A stretch of DNA of 57,853 nucleotides from a bacterium (lineage in GTDB: Bacteria; Desulfobacterota; DSWW01): assembly GCA_040756235.1 (NCBI GenBank), contig JBFLZG010000005.1:37997-95849 (forward strand), given 5' to 3'. The number at the start of each line of letters is the position of its first letter. Positions within the stretch are counted from its first letter, which is position 1. The translations under genes and the position numbers were made by a program. Below are positions 9,397 to 19,377 of this stretch, one piece after another. Under the pieces are notes generated by a model. That model did no database searches, was not told where the DNA came from, and saw only the letters and a list, made by a program, of their open reading frames with translations.

Positions 9397-11318
9397 GAGT
9401 GGCCCTGGTCGGTCAACCCAACTGCGGCAAGAGCACGCTCTTCAACAGTGTCGCAGGCTACAAGGCCATCGCTTCGAACTTCCCCGGCACCAGCGTCGAT
9501 CTGACCGTGAGCCGGGTCAGTCTCAACGGCCTGAGCTTCGACTTGGTGGACCTGCCCGGCATCTATTCTCTTTCTTCCGTCGAGCCGGACGAGCTGGTGG
9601 CCCGCGACTACCTGCTCAAGATGAAGCCGGACGCCGTCATCAACATCCTGGACGCATCGCTGCTCGGCCGCAGCCTGGAGCTGACCCTGGAGCTCTTGGA
9701 GCTGAAGGTCCCCTTGATCGTCTGCCTGAACATGATGGACGAAGCCGAGCGCAAGGGAATCCGGATCGACGTGCGCCACCTCGAAGAGGACCTTGGCGTG
9801 CCGACGGTGCCCACGATCGCCTCTCGCGGCCAGGGGATCCCCGAGCTCTTCGAAGCAACCGTCCGAACGGCCACGGCACAGCAGGCGGGGAGAAGCTTCT
9901 ATCGGAGCCGGGACGTCGAGAATGCAGTGGCCGAGCTGAGCTTCCTGATCGGAGAGAAGACGGCGGCCGAGCTGGGCGTGCCGTCCCGACTGCTCGGTTT
10001 GAAGCTGCTCGAAGGTGACGAAGACTTTCAGCGCAGGGTCCGGTCCAGGAGACCGGAGGTGCTGCCCGAGGTCGAGCGGCTCCAGGAGAGCCTCTCCTAC
10101 TACCGGGGCCGCCCCGCGGACGTGGTCCTTTCCTCCGAACGCCATTCACTCGCCCTGAACCTCCTCGAGCATGTCACCGAGGTGAAGCCGCGCGTCAAGC
10201 CGGGCTTCCTCGAAAGGCTCGACAGCTATCTGCTGCACCCGATCCTCGGCTACCTGATCCTCGGGCTCATCCTGTTCGGGTTCTTCAATGCCGTCTTCGG
10301 GCTCGGGCGGCTCGTCGAGCAGCCCGTGCTCTCCTGGTTCGGCCAGCTCTCCGAGATCCTCCGGAGCCGGCTGGACCAGACCTCTCTGGGCTTCACTCTC
10401 GCGGAGGGGCTGATCCAGGGCTTCTCGGGCGGCATCGGAATCGTGCTGCCCTATCTCGTGCCGTTCCTGCTGGGCCTTTCTCTGCTCGAGGACATCGGCT
10501 ATCTTCCGAGGGCCGCCTTCCTCATGGACACGATCATGCACCGGATCGGCCTCCACGGGAAAGCGGTCATTCCCATGGTCCTGGGATACGGCTGCAACGT
10601 GCCGGCCATCATGTCCACGCGCACCCTCGGGAGCACCCGGGACCGCTTCATCACGGCCGTCCTGGTGACGTTCGTCCCCTGCGCCGCCCGCACCACGATC
10701 ATCTTCTCCCTCGTGGCCTTCTACCTGGGGCCGAGCGCCGCCCTCTTCCTCTACCTCCTGAACCTCGTCGTGATCGCCGCGGTCGGCAAGCTCCTTTCCA
10801 TTCTGCGGCCGGAGCTGTCGCCCGGCCTGATCCTGGAGATCCCGAGCTGCCGGCTCCCCCGGCCCCGGGCCGTGGCGAGCAAGATCTGGTTCCGCCTGCG
10901 GGAATTCGTCGTCATTGCCTGGCCCATCCTCATCGTCGGCAGCGTGGTGCTGGGACTGCTCGAGCACTTCGATCTCTTCGAGGCGGTGAACCGGTTGTTC
11001 GCGCCGTTCACAAGGGGCCTGCTCGGGCTGCCCGCGGAAACGAGCATCACCCTGATCTTCGGCATCCTGCGCAAGGAGCTCACGATCATCATGCTCGTCC
11101 AGGCGCTCGGCACGAGCGAGTTCGCCTCGGTCATGTCTCACGGACAGATGATGGTGTTCACGGTGTTCAGCCTCTTCTACATCCCCTGTCTGGCCACGCT
11201 CGCCATGCTGCGCGCGGTCATCGGCCTCCGGGGCACCGCGTTCGCGCTCCTTCTCACGACCGCTGTGGCGACCGGCATGGCCCTTCTGGTGCGGTTTGCC
11301 TACCTGGCGTTCGGTTGA
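9393..11318 (+). CDS. feoB: Ferrous iron (or Mn) transporter B
   Basis: G-domain GQPNCGKSTLFN, NFPGTSV, DLPG, NMMD; membrane part with GYGCNVPA, VPCAAR, YIPCLA. Confidence 0.96.
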   Translation: MRVALVGQPNCGKSTLFNSVAGYKAIASNFPGTSVDLTVSRVSLNGLSFDLVDLPGIYSLSSVEPDELVARDYLLKMKPDAVINILDASLLGRSLELTLELLELKVPLIVCLNMMDEAERKGIRIDVRHLEEDLGVPTVPTIASRGQGIPELFEATVRTATAQQAGRSFYRSRDVENAVAELSFLIGEKTAAELGVPSRLLGLKLLEGDEDFQRRVRSRRPEVLPEVERLQESLSYYRGRPADVVLSSERHSLALNLLEHVTEVKPRVKPGFLERLDSYLLHPILGYLILGLILFGFFNAVFGLGRLVEQPVLSWFGQLSEILRSRLDQTSLGFTLAEGLIQGFSGGIGIVLPYLVPFLLGLSLLEDIGYLPRAAFLMDTIMHRIGLHGKAVIPMVLGYGCNVPAIMSTRTLGSTRDRFITAVLVTFVPCAARTTIIFSLVAFYLGPSAALFLYLLNLVVIAAVGKLLSILRPELSPGLILEIPSCRLPRPRAVASKIWFRLREFVVIAWPILIVGSVVLGLLEHFDLFEAVNRLFAPFTRGLLGLPAETSITLIFGILRKELTIIMLVQALGTSEFASVMSHGQMMVFTVFSLFYIPCLATLAMLRAVIGLRGTAFALLLTTAVATGMALLVRFAYLAFG

Positions 11319-11393
11319 TCGCCGGTCTGGCGGTAGCGGCCGCGGCCCGGCGGCGCGCGGCTTTTCGGCTCCGGGCTGCGTTTCCGGGTGCGT

Positions 11394-11422
11394 TTGACAG
11401 AGCCCGGGGCGCGTGCTATTAA
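11394..11422 (+). promoter_or_regulatory. Sigma70 promoter for tRNA-Pro
   Basis: TTGACA, 17 bp spacer, TGc-TATTAA (extended -10). Confidence 0.7.
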
Positions 11423-11483
11423 GTGGTTGAAGTTGGCGGGAAATTCCTCTACTTCCGGAGAGTTGCTCCAGCCGACCGCATGC

Positions 11484-11560
<77 letters not shown>

Positions 11561-11576
11561 GTTGCTTCGAGCGATG

Positions 11577-11611
11577 CAGCAGATCGGTGATGTCGCCGAT
11601 CTGCTGTTTTT
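11577..11611 (+). terminator. Rho-independent terminator after tRNA-Pro
   Basis: CAGCAGATCGGTGA-TG-TCGCCGATCTGCTG hairpin followed by TTTTT. Confidence 0.8.
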
Positions 11612-11780
11612 GTCTGGGCGCCCGTGCGGCCTCTTGCCGCCCCCTGCGGTTTCCTTTTTGAAAACGCTCGAGAGCCGAGGCAGAATGGCCGGTGCGCGTG
11701 TCGGGTGTCCCGTGGGGGAGTCCCGAAAGAGCCGCACGGAGCACCGGACAATGCCTTGTGAGCACCATCGCGGAGGTCCC

Positions 11781-12701
11781 ATGGAGCCTGTCGAGAGCCC
11801 GCCGGCCGGCTTTCGTCTGGTGCGGGAAGACGGGGCGATCGGCTGGATCAGGGATGGCTTTGACTTCCTGCTCGCGGATGGCGGGAGGAGCGGAAGAGTG
11901 GAGCCTTGGCCGCGGCCGGCCAGGCCTGACCCGTCTTCTTCTCGGCTCGAGGATGCCGGGCCGTACCGGGGCCGGGGTGAAGTCGTGCGGGTCCCCATCC
12001 CCGCCTCCCCCGGAGAGCACGCCCTCGTCCGGCACTACCGCCGGGGAGGCCTGGTGCGCCACCTCCTGAGCGACCAGTATCCGGGCAGGGAGAGGTTCTT
12101 CCGGGAGGTCCGGACCACCGAGCGGGCAAGATCACTGGGGATCCCGGCCCCCGAGGTCCTCGGAGTGCGGGCGGAGCGGATCGGATGGGGTTTCTATCGG
12201 GGCGATCTCATGACGCGCCAGATCCCGGGCAGCCGGGACCTCGGTGAATACCTCGAGGGTTGTCTCGGCAGCAGCCGGAAACCGCAAGGCCCCTCCCGGG
12301 ACGAAATCCTCACTGCCGTGGCAGGCCTCCTGCGCTGCATGCACGATCGCGGTCTCGTGCACGCCGACTTGAACGTGAAGAACGTTCTTCTGCGGTTCCG
12401 GGCCGGAGCGGTCGACGCCTTCATCATCGATCTGGACCGCGCGCGGCTCGGGGCACCGGTGTGCAAAGCCCTCCGAGTGCAAAACCTCGAGCGGCTCTAT
12501 CGTTCTCTCGAGAAGCAGGGGCTCCTGGGGCCCGTCGTTACCGACCGCGACGTCTCGAGCTTCATCGGGGCGTACGCGCTGGAGGACTCCGGTCTCGAGA
12601 GCAGGCTTCTTCAGCGCCTGCGCCGCGGCTCCGGGACCCTCCGCTGGCACCATTTCTGGTGGCGGCTCGCGGGCGGATCCGGGAAGAGGAGCGGAACGTG
12701 A
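11781..12701 (+). CDS. LPS/Kdo kinase family protein (KdkA/WaaP-like)
   Basis: GRGEV, LVRHYRRGG, HADLNVKN catalytic loop, IIDLD, NLERLYRSLEK; SD GGAGG. Confidence 0.85.
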   Translation: MEPVESPPAGFRLVREDGAIGWIRDGFDFLLADGGRSGRVEPWPRPARPDPSSSRLEDAGPYRGRGEVVRVPIPASPGEHALVRHYRRGGLVRHLLSDQYPGRERFFREVRTTERARSLGIPAPEVLGVRAERIGWGFYRGDLMTRQIPGSRDLGEYLEGCLGSSRKPQGPSRDEILTAVAGLLRCMHDRGLVHADLNVKNVLLRFRAGAVDAFIIDLDRARLGAPVCKALRVQNLERLYRSLEKQGLLGPVVTDRDVSSFIGAYALEDSGLESRLLQRLRRGSGTLRWHHFWWRLAGGSGKRSGT

Positions 12702-13783
12702 GCCTCCGCAGGGTGCTGCTCATCCGCCTGGGCGCCCTCGGGGACACGATTCTCGCCTCGAGCGCAGCGGGTCTGCTCAGGAGGCACCAGCCAGACGTGG
12801 AGATCGATTTGCTGGTCTCCTCGGGTCTCGAGCGGCTCTGTGTCATGGTGCCGGAGGTGTCGGAGGCCTATGGAGTCCCCTTGCGGAAGCTGCCCCCGGC
12901 CTGGAACCCCGGGCTCAGAAGGACCCTGCTTCGCTTGAACCGGAAGGGCTACGACTTGGCCTACCTCATGGAGACGAGCCCGCGTTTCCTGCCGCTGCTG
13001 CGCTCGATCCGCGCCGACGAGCACCTGGCCCTGGGACAGGGGGCCGAACGGGACGAACCGGCCGAAGGGGTTCCGGCGGCACTCAGGTATCAGAGGCTCC
13101 TCTGGGCCGAGGGGATCGCACCGGACCAGGTATGTTATCCGCGGCTCGCGCCGAAGGAGGAGGCCGTGCAAGGCGCCTCGAGGCTTCTGGCGGACCTCGG
13201 CCTCGACCCTCGCCGGCCCCTGGTCGGCCTTCACCCCGGGAACAGCTTCCGAGGCCGCAAGAAGTGGAGGCGGTGGCGGCAGAGGGCGGACATCCGCAGC
13301 TGGCCCGAGACGCGCTGGGTGGAGCTCGTCCGGGGCCTGGTGCGACTTTGCCCGGAGGCTCAGCTCGTGCTGTTCGGGTCGGCCCAGGACCGTCCGGTCA
13401 ACGGGCGGGTCCTGAAGGGAGTGGGCCGGGAGCTGCCGGGATGCGCGATCGCAAGCTCTGCCGGCCGCACCGAGAACCTCGCACTGGCGGCGGCCCTCCT
13501 CAGCCGCTTCTCGCTGTTCGTGGCGACCGACACCGGCCCGCTGCACATGGCCGCGGCGCTCGGGGTGCCCCTGGTCGGGCTCTATGGCCCGACCCGATAC
13601 CGGGAGACCGGGCCGTTCACGGATCGGGCCGCTGCCGTGACCGTGCGGAAATCGCTGCCCTGTCAGCCCTGCTACGGTCGTGCCGAGCAGAAAATCTGCC
13701 GGCTGAACCGCTGCATGCTGGAGATCCGGGCCGACGAGGTGCTGGAGAAGATCGTGGAGACGAGGGTCCTCGAGCCAAGGTAG
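12698..13783 (+). CDS. Glycosyltransferase family 9 (LPS heptosyltransferase-like)
   Basis: LLIRLGALGD, LHPG, WP..RW, ATDTGPLHMAAALG, LYGPT, C-terminal CxPC...C; GTG start overlaps kinase stop. Confidence 0.9.
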   Translation: MSLRRVLLIRLGALGDTILASSAAGLLRRHQPDVEIDLLVSSGLERLCVMVPEVSEAYGVPLRKLPPAWNPGLRRTLLRLNRKGYDLAYLMETSPRFLPLLRSIRADEHLALGQGAERDEPAEGVPAALRYQRLLWAEGIAPDQVCYPRLAPKEEAVQGASRLLADLGLDPRRPLVGLHPGNSFRGRKKWRRWRQRADIRSWPETRWVELVRGLVRLCPEAQLVLFGSAQDRPVNGRVLKGVGRELPGCAIASSAGRTENLALAAALLSRFSLFVATDTGPLHMAAALGVPLVGLYGPTRYRETGPFTDRAAAVTVRKSLPCQPCYGRAEQKICRLNRCMLEIRADEVLEKIVETRVLEPR

Positions 13784-13821
13784 CTCAAACACCTAGCCAG
13801 CGGCCCACCTCCCGTCGTGTG

Positions 13822-13857
13822 ACCGGGAGGTTGCCGCGGACCTTCGGTCCTCGCAAT
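13822..13857. repeat. Half copy of palindromic repeat family D (GATTGCGAG...CTCGCAAT)
   Basis: GGGAGGTTGCCGCGGACCTTCGGTCCTCGCAATA resembles sequences at 30449, 43491 and 57536. Confidence 0.5.
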
Positions 13858-13919
13858 ATCCAAGGTTCCAAGCTTCCACGCTGAACGGGCGAGCGCTCCT
13901 TCATTACGGGGACCATGCC

Positions 13920-14897
13920 ATGCGGACGGAACGATGGAAAGCGGAGCAGAAGGCGCGCCTGAACCTCCTCAAGGCCAAGAACTGCGCCCATGCGACCCTG
14001 TCGAGCCTCGAAGACGCGTTCGGGTGGAGGGACCCGGTCCTGCTTCGGGCAGCCACGAATTTCGAGGGAGGCGTGGTCGGCTGCGGCGAGACCTGCGGCG
14101 TCGTGACCGGCGGCATTCTGGGCATAGGCGCGCTCCTGTCCGCGCGCAGACCGGAGCCGGGAGCGACCCTGGAAGACGCGATCCACAACCTGTCACGGGA
14201 GTACCGGCAGTGGTTCGAATCGCGCTTCGGTACGAGCGCGTGCCGTCAGCGGACCGGCGTCGATTTCTGGACCGCCCGCGGCCTCGCCCGCTATTTGCTG
14301 CCCGGGGACAAACTGATAAAATGCCTCGGCCACATGGGGGAATCCGTCGGGTATCTGGCGCGCCGGATGCGAAGTGAGCTGCCAGCCGACGGCCGGGGCC
14401 CCGGCACCGCGGCTGCACCGGGCGCGGGTCCTGCGGAACCCCACTGCTGTCACACGGTTCTGCGGCGGCTGAGGCCGGATGACCTCACCTCAGGCTCCGC
14501 CCTCGGCTGGGCCACGGCCGGGCTGGGCGGAGGCGTGGCGCTCGGCGGTTCGGTTTGCGGCGCGCTCTTGGCCGGGATTCTGGCAGTGGGCCTTCGATTT
14601 GGCTACGACCCCAGGTCTCTGGGATTCGCTGAGCTCACGGCCGCCTTCATCCGGGGGCACCGGAATCTCGTCAGACCGCCCCTCGGCACGCCTCCCGGCG
14701 AGGTCTTCGCGCGCTCGCGCCGGCTCGCTGCCGGCTTCAGGAGGCGGTTCGGAGGCTTGAGCTGCCTCTCGATCACCGGCCGGACCTTCGCGACGCGGGA
14801 AGCCCTGGCCGCTTTCCTGAAGGATCCGGAATCCAAGGATTGTCGGGACGTCATGGCTTGGTGCGAAGGGGAGGCGAGGAGCCTGATCGGTACTTGA
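13920..14897 (+). CDS. Tandem C_GCAxxG_C_C family putative redox-active protein (two domains)
   Basis: Domain 1: NCA...GGVVGCGETCGVVTGG...FGTSACR...KC; domain 2: HCC...GGGVALGGSVCGALLAG...FGGLSC...DC. Confidence 0.8.
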   Translation: MRTERWKAEQKARLNLLKAKNCAHATLSSLEDAFGWRDPVLLRAATNFEGGVVGCGETCGVVTGGILGIGALLSARRPEPGATLEDAIHNLSREYRQWFESRFGTSACRQRTGVDFWTARGLARYLLPGDKLIKCLGHMGESVGYLARRMRSELPADGRGPGTAAAPGAGPAEPHCCHTVLRRLRPDDLTSGSALGWATAGLGGGVALGGSVCGALLAGILAVGLRFGYDPRSLGFAELTAAFIRGHRNLVRPPLGTPPGEVFARSRRLAAGFRRRFGGLSCLSITGRTFATREALAAFLKDPESKDCRDVMAWCEGEARSLIGT

Positions 14898-14973
14898 GCC
14901 AGAAAAGGAACGCGGCCAGAGGACGGCTGGCGGAAGAAGGCCTGCTCCGCGGTCGCCCGAGCCCGTGACCATC

Positions 14974-16878
14974 ATGAAGACCCCGGATACGAACAGAGAG
15001 CAGATCCGCATCCGCTACGGGCTGCGCCGCATCCTGCCTTACGCCAGGCCTTACTGGAAGATCATCCTCCTGACCTTCCTGAGCATGATGATCTATTCGA
15101 TCGGCGTCAACGGCCGGGCCTACCTGATCAAGCCGTTTCTGGAGGAGGTGATCCTGCCGGCCCAGGGGCTGCGGTCGTTCGCCGAGATCCAGCCCGGTGA
15201 TCTCGCGAACCTGAAACAGGGCCCTTCGCAGGAGCAGAACGAGCAGGAACGGGAGCAGCTCCTGTCGGTGCTCGGCAAGCGGCTGCTCCTGCTGATCGCC
15301 GTGGCCTTCGGGGTGGTGGGGCTCATCCCGCTCATGAACTTCGTCAAGGAGTACGCGTCGGCCTACGTGATTCACCGCATGCTCCGGGACCTCCAGTGCG
15401 ACCTCTGCGACAAGTTCCTGGCCATGCCGCTGTCGTTCCACAACAAGGCCCGCAAGGGAGAGATCTACGCCAGGCTGAACAGCGACGTGTCCAAAGCGAG
15501 CATGAGCTTCAAGCTCATCTTCGGGGACCTCATTCAGGAGCCGTTGACCCTGCTCGTGGGGGTCGGCGCCATGTTCTACCTGAGCTGGCAGTTGACGCTG
15601 ATGATCGCTCTGGCCATGCCGCCCCTGGTGCTCCTGATCATCCGGTTCGGCAGGAAGATCCGCAAGAAGAGCCGCAAGCGGCAGGAGAAGGTCGGAGACC
15701 AGGTCGGGTCCATGGTCCAGATGTTCTCGGGCATCAAAGTGGTCAAGGCCTTCCGCACGGAGGCGGCCGAGAGCGAGCGTTTCCGCGAAGTGAGCCAGAG
15801 TCTCTTCCGGCGCGAAATGAAGGTGGCCAGGACCCATGCCCTGAGCCGGAGCGTGACCGAGCTGTTCAACAACTTCACCTACATCGTCTTTCTCGCGGTG
15901 GGCGTCTACGCCATCCTGAACGCCATGCTCGGCCTCACGCTGCCGGTGCTGGTGGCTTTCCTGGGACTGGCGACCACCCTGTACAAACCGATCAAGAACC
16001 TCTCGAGAGCCTACAATGAGGTCTCCGACGCCATGGGAGGCATCGAGAGGGTCTGCGAAGTGCTCGATCTGGAGCCGGACATCAGGGACCGGGAGAACGC
16101 CAGGACCCTGGACGAAGTGCGGGAGGGCATTCGCTTCGACCACGTGTACTTCTCCTACGACGGCCAGCAGACGGTCCTCAACGACATCGACCTGGCGATC
16201 GGCAAAGGGGAGACCGTGGCCCTGGTCGGCAGGACCGGCGTGGGCAAGACCACGCTCACCGACCTGATCCCCCGCTTCTACGACCCGGTCCGGGGCCGGG
16301 TGCTCATCGACGGCGTCGACGTGCGGGAGCTCAGCCGGGACTCGCTCCTCCGGCACATCGCGGTCGTCACCCAGGAGCCGTTTCTGTTCGATACCAGCAT
16401 CGAGGAGAACATCCGGTACGGAAGGCCGGACGCGAGCGACGAGGAGGTGCGGGAGGCGGCCAGGGCGGCCTACATTCACGACACCGTCGCGTCCCTGCCC
16501 GAGGGATACAAGACGAGGGTGGGCGATCGGGGGGCGCGCCTCTCCGGCGGCGAGCGCCAGCGGATCACCGTGGCCAGGGCCATCCTGAAGAACCCCTCCA
16601 TCCTGATCCTGGACGAAGCGACTTCGTCGCTGGACGCCGAGTCCGAGAGCTGGGTGAAGAAGGCCCTTTCCAACCTGATGCGGGGCCGCACGACCGTGGC
16701 CATCGCGCACCGGTTATCGACCATCCAGAACGCGGACCGCATCGTGGTGCTGGAGGACGGCCGCATTTCGATGACCGGCCGCCACGACGAGCTCCTGGGG
16801 CGGGAGGGCCTCTACCGCGAGCTGTGCGACCTGCAGTACCGCGTGGATTCCAAGCCCGACTCACTGGAAACGAACTGA
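14974..16878 (+). CDS. MsbA-like ABC exporter (TMD plus NBD), probable lipid A flippase
   Basis: Multiple TM helices, Walker A GRTGVGKT, LSGGERQR, ILDEATSSLD, AHRLSTI; LPS context; alternative start 14965. Confidence 0.9.
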   Translation: MKTPDTNREQIRIRYGLRRILPYARPYWKIILLTFLSMMIYSIGVNGRAYLIKPFLEEVILPAQGLRSFAEIQPGDLANLKQGPSQEQNEQEREQLLSVLGKRLLLLIAVAFGVVGLIPLMNFVKEYASAYVIHRMLRDLQCDLCDKFLAMPLSFHNKARKGEIYARLNSDVSKASMSFKLIFGDLIQEPLTLLVGVGAMFYLSWQLTLMIALAMPPLVLLIIRFGRKIRKKSRKRQEKVGDQVGSMVQMFSGIKVVKAFRTEAAESERFREVSQSLFRREMKVARTHALSRSVTELFNNFTYIVFLAVGVYAILNAMLGLTLPVLVAFLGLATTLYKPIKNLSRAYNEVSDAMGGIERVCEVLDLEPDIRDRENARTLDEVREGIRFDHVYFSYDGQQTVLNDIDLAIGKGETVALVGRTGVGKTTLTDLIPRFYDPVRGRVLIDGVDVRELSRDSLLRHIAVVTQEPFLFDTSIEENIRYGRPDASDEEVREAARAAYIHDTVASLPEGYKTRVGDRGARLSGGERQRITVARAILKNPSILILDEATSSLDAESESWVKKALSNLMRGRTTVAIAHRLSTIQNADRIVVLEDGRISMTGRHDELLGREGLYRELCDLQYRVDSKPDSLETN

Positions 16879-16890
16879 GCCCTTACGCCG

Positions 16891-18093
16891 ATGCGGACCC
16901 CGGAACCCGATCAGGTCGGCTCTAGCGCGCGCATGGCTCTGGTCCATGACTGGCTGACCGGCATGCGCGGAGGCGAGAAGTGCCTGAAGATCTTCTGCGA
17001 GATGTTCCCCCGGGCCGATGTCTTCACCCTCTTCCAGGTCTCCGGCGCGGCCGAGCCCGCGGTCGCGGCCCGCGTGGCCGGACGGTCTTTCCTGCAAGCC
17101 CTGCCGGGGCTCGGGCGATATTACCGCTACCTGCTCCCGCTGTTCCCTGCCGCCGTGGAGGGGCTCGATCTGACCGGCTATGATCCGGTCGTCAGCATCA
17201 GCCATTGCGTGGCCAAAGGCGCTATCGCGGCGCCCGGCGGCCGCCACGTCTGCTACTGTCTCACCCCGATGCGGTACTGCTGGGATCTCTTCCCCCTTTA
17301 TTTCGGCCGCCCGGACCGGGGCGGGCTGCGGCGATTTCCGGCCGGGCTCGTTGCCCACTACCTTCGCCTCTGGGACGTCGCGGCGTCCAATCGCGTCGAC
17401 ACCTTCGTGGCGGTCTCGAAGTTCGTTGCGGCACGCATCCGCAAGTTCTACCGGAGAACGGCCACCGTCATCTACCCGCCCGTGGACGCGGCGCTCTACC
17501 AGCCCAGCGCGGCGCCCCGTGGGGACTACTACCTGTTCGTTGCCGCCGCCGCGCCGAACAAGCGCGTCGACATCGCGCTGGAGGCCTTCTCCCGTCTCGA
17601 CCGTCCTCTGAAGATCGCCGGCGGCCTGCAAGGCGCGGGCCGGCTGCGCCCGCCCCGCAGCCGCGCCGGCAGGATCGAATGGCTCGGCTGGGTCCCGGAC
17701 GAGGACCTGGCGGATCTGTACGCGCACTGCCGCGCGCTGGTGTTCCCGGGCATCGAGGACTTCGGCCTGGTTCCCGTGGAGGCTCAGGCTGCGGGAAGGC
17801 CGGTGATCGCCTATGCCGGAGGCGGCGTGCTCGAATCGGTGCGCGGGGTGGAGGTGAGCGAGGCTCTCCGGATGGAGCCGGGAGCCTGGAGGGACGGCGG
17901 GTTCACCGGGATCTTCTTCCGCCGGCCGACCGCCGACTCGCTGGCCGAAGCGGTCCTGGGATTCGAGCAGGTGGAGGGCCGTTTCGAGCCCGACCGCATC
18001 CGGCGCTGGGCCTGCCGCTTCGACCGAGGCTCGTTCGAGCGGAGCTGGAGACGCGTGCTCGCGCCTCGTGCCGCGCGTGCCGCGCCCGTTTGA
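16891..18093 (+). CDS. Glycosyltransferase family 4
   Basis: ALVHDWLTGMRGGEK, TPMRY, NKRVD, EDFGLVPVEAQAAGRPV; start may be 16933. Confidence 0.92.
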   Translation: MRTPEPDQVGSSARMALVHDWLTGMRGGEKCLKIFCEMFPRADVFTLFQVSGAAEPAVAARVAGRSFLQALPGLGRYYRYLLPLFPAAVEGLDLTGYDPVVSISHCVAKGAIAAPGGRHVCYCLTPMRYCWDLFPLYFGRPDRGGLRRFPAGLVAHYLRLWDVAASNRVDTFVAVSKFVAARIRKFYRRTATVIYPPVDAALYQPSAAPRGDYYLFVAAAAPNKRVDIALEAFSRLDRPLKIAGGLQGAGRLRPPRSRAGRIEWLGWVPDEDLADLYAHCRALVFPGIEDFGLVPVEAQAAGRPVIAYAGGGVLESVRGVEVSEALRMEPGAWRDGGFTGIFFRRPTADSLAEAVLGFEQVEGRFEPDRIRRWACRFDRGSFERSWRRVLAPRAARAAPV

Positions 18094-18118
18094 AATGGCC
18101 TTCCTGCTCCACTATACT
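18090..18118 (+). promoter_or_regulatory. Internal sigma70 promoter
   Basis: TTGAAA, 17 bp spacer, TATACT, 53 bp before the epimerase ATG. Confidence 0.6.
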
Positions 18119-18171
18119 CGAACGGTCTTCTTTCCCGGCTCCCGGACAAGCTGCTAAAAGGAATTGGCTTC

Positions 18172-19134
18172 ATGGGCATACTCGTCACGGGTGGGGCTGG
18201 ATTCATCGGCTCTCATCTGCTGGAACGGCTGCTTGCAGAAGGGCACGCCTGCGTCTGCCTGGACAACTTCGATCCGTTCTACGCCGAACCGATCAAGCAA
18301 AGAAACCTCGAGGCTTGCCGCAGCTACAAGTCGTTCCGGCTGGTCCGGGCGGATCTGCGGGACGCGGAAGCGTACCGGACCGTCGAGCGCACCATGGAGA
18401 TCTCCACGATCGTGCACCTGGCGGCACGGGCGGGCGTGCGGCCGTCTCTGGAGCAGCCGCTGCTCTACGGGGACGTGAATCTCAACGGCACCCTGCGGCT
18501 GCTCGAGTTCGCCCGTGAAAAGGGCGTGCGGCGCTTCATCTTCGCTTCCTCCTCTTCGGTTTACGGCAACAACGAGAAGGTCCCCTTTCACGAGGACGAC
18601 CGCGTGGACTGGCCCATTTCCCCCTACGCGGCCACCAAGAAGGCGGGCGAGCTTCTCTGCCACACCTACGCTCACCTGTACGGCATCGCCTGCACCTGCC
18701 TTCGTTTCTTCACGGTCTACGGACCGCGCCAGAGGCCGGAGATGGCGATCCACAAGTTCACGCGCAGCATCGATCGCGGAGAGTCGATTCCCTTGTACGG
18801 CGACGGCTCATCGCAAAGGGATTACACGTTCATCTCCGACATCCTCCAGGGGGTCCTGGGAGCCATCGAGCGCGTGCAGGGCTACGAGGTCGTGAACCTG
18901 GGGGAGTCCAGGACCGTTGCCTTGAGGGAGCTGATCGAACGGATCGAACAGGCCATCGGTAAGAAGGCGCTCATCCGGCGTCTTCCCGAGCAGCCGGGCG
19001 ACGTGCGCAAGACCTGCGCCGACATCGGAAGGGCCAGGGAGCGGTATGGATACGATCCCCGGGTGCCCATCGAGGAGGGCATCCCGAGGTTCGTGGACTG
19101 GTACCGGCGTGAGACGCGGGACGTCCCGGGCTGA
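18172..19134 (+). CDS. NAD-dependent epimerase (UDP-glucuronate 4-epimerase-like)
   Basis: [46 protein letters not shown]. Confidence 0.9.
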   Translation: MGILVTGGAGFIGSHLLERLLAEGHACVCLDNFDPFYAEPIKQRNLEACRSYKSFRLVRADLRDAEAYRTVERTMEISTIVHLAARAGVRPSLEQPLLYGDVNLNGTLRLLEFAREKGVRRFIFASSSSVYGNNEKVPFHEDDRVDWPISPYAATKKAGELLCHTYAHLYGIACTCLRFFTVYGPRQRPEMAIHKFTRSIDRGESIPLYGDGSSQRDYTFISDILQGVLGAIERVQGYEVVNLGESRTVALRELIERIEQAIGKKALIRRLPEQPGDVRKTCADIGRARERYGYDPRVPIEEGIPRFVDWYRRETRDVPG

Positions 19135-19182
19135 CGACCGACTCTTGCATGCGGGCACGCCCTGCGCAGTGTCCTTGGGAAT

Positions 19183-19276
19183 AATGAATTCCCTCTCCCC
19201 CGTGCACGGGGGAGAGGGTCAGGGTGAGGGGGGAACAGGAGCAGATTCACCCCTCATCCCGACCTTCTCCCCTCGA
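19183..19276 (+). repeat. Repeat family C copy 1 (94 bp, CCCTCTCCC-hairpin REP composite)
   Basis: Reverse complement of 38916-39009 with 5 mismatches. Confidence 0.85.
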
Positions 19277-19377
19277 CAAGGTGACAAGATCCACAAGCCC
19301 CTTCGAGGGGACAAGGGAGTGCGGGGTGGCCCGCACCAGATGTGCGCTCGTGGGGCTGGGTTCGACGCGGAGCCGAG

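Noticed and set aside
19277..19377. trp attenuator upstream of trpC
   Set aside because: Hairpins are present, but there is no leader peptide with tandem Trp codons and no U-tract terminator
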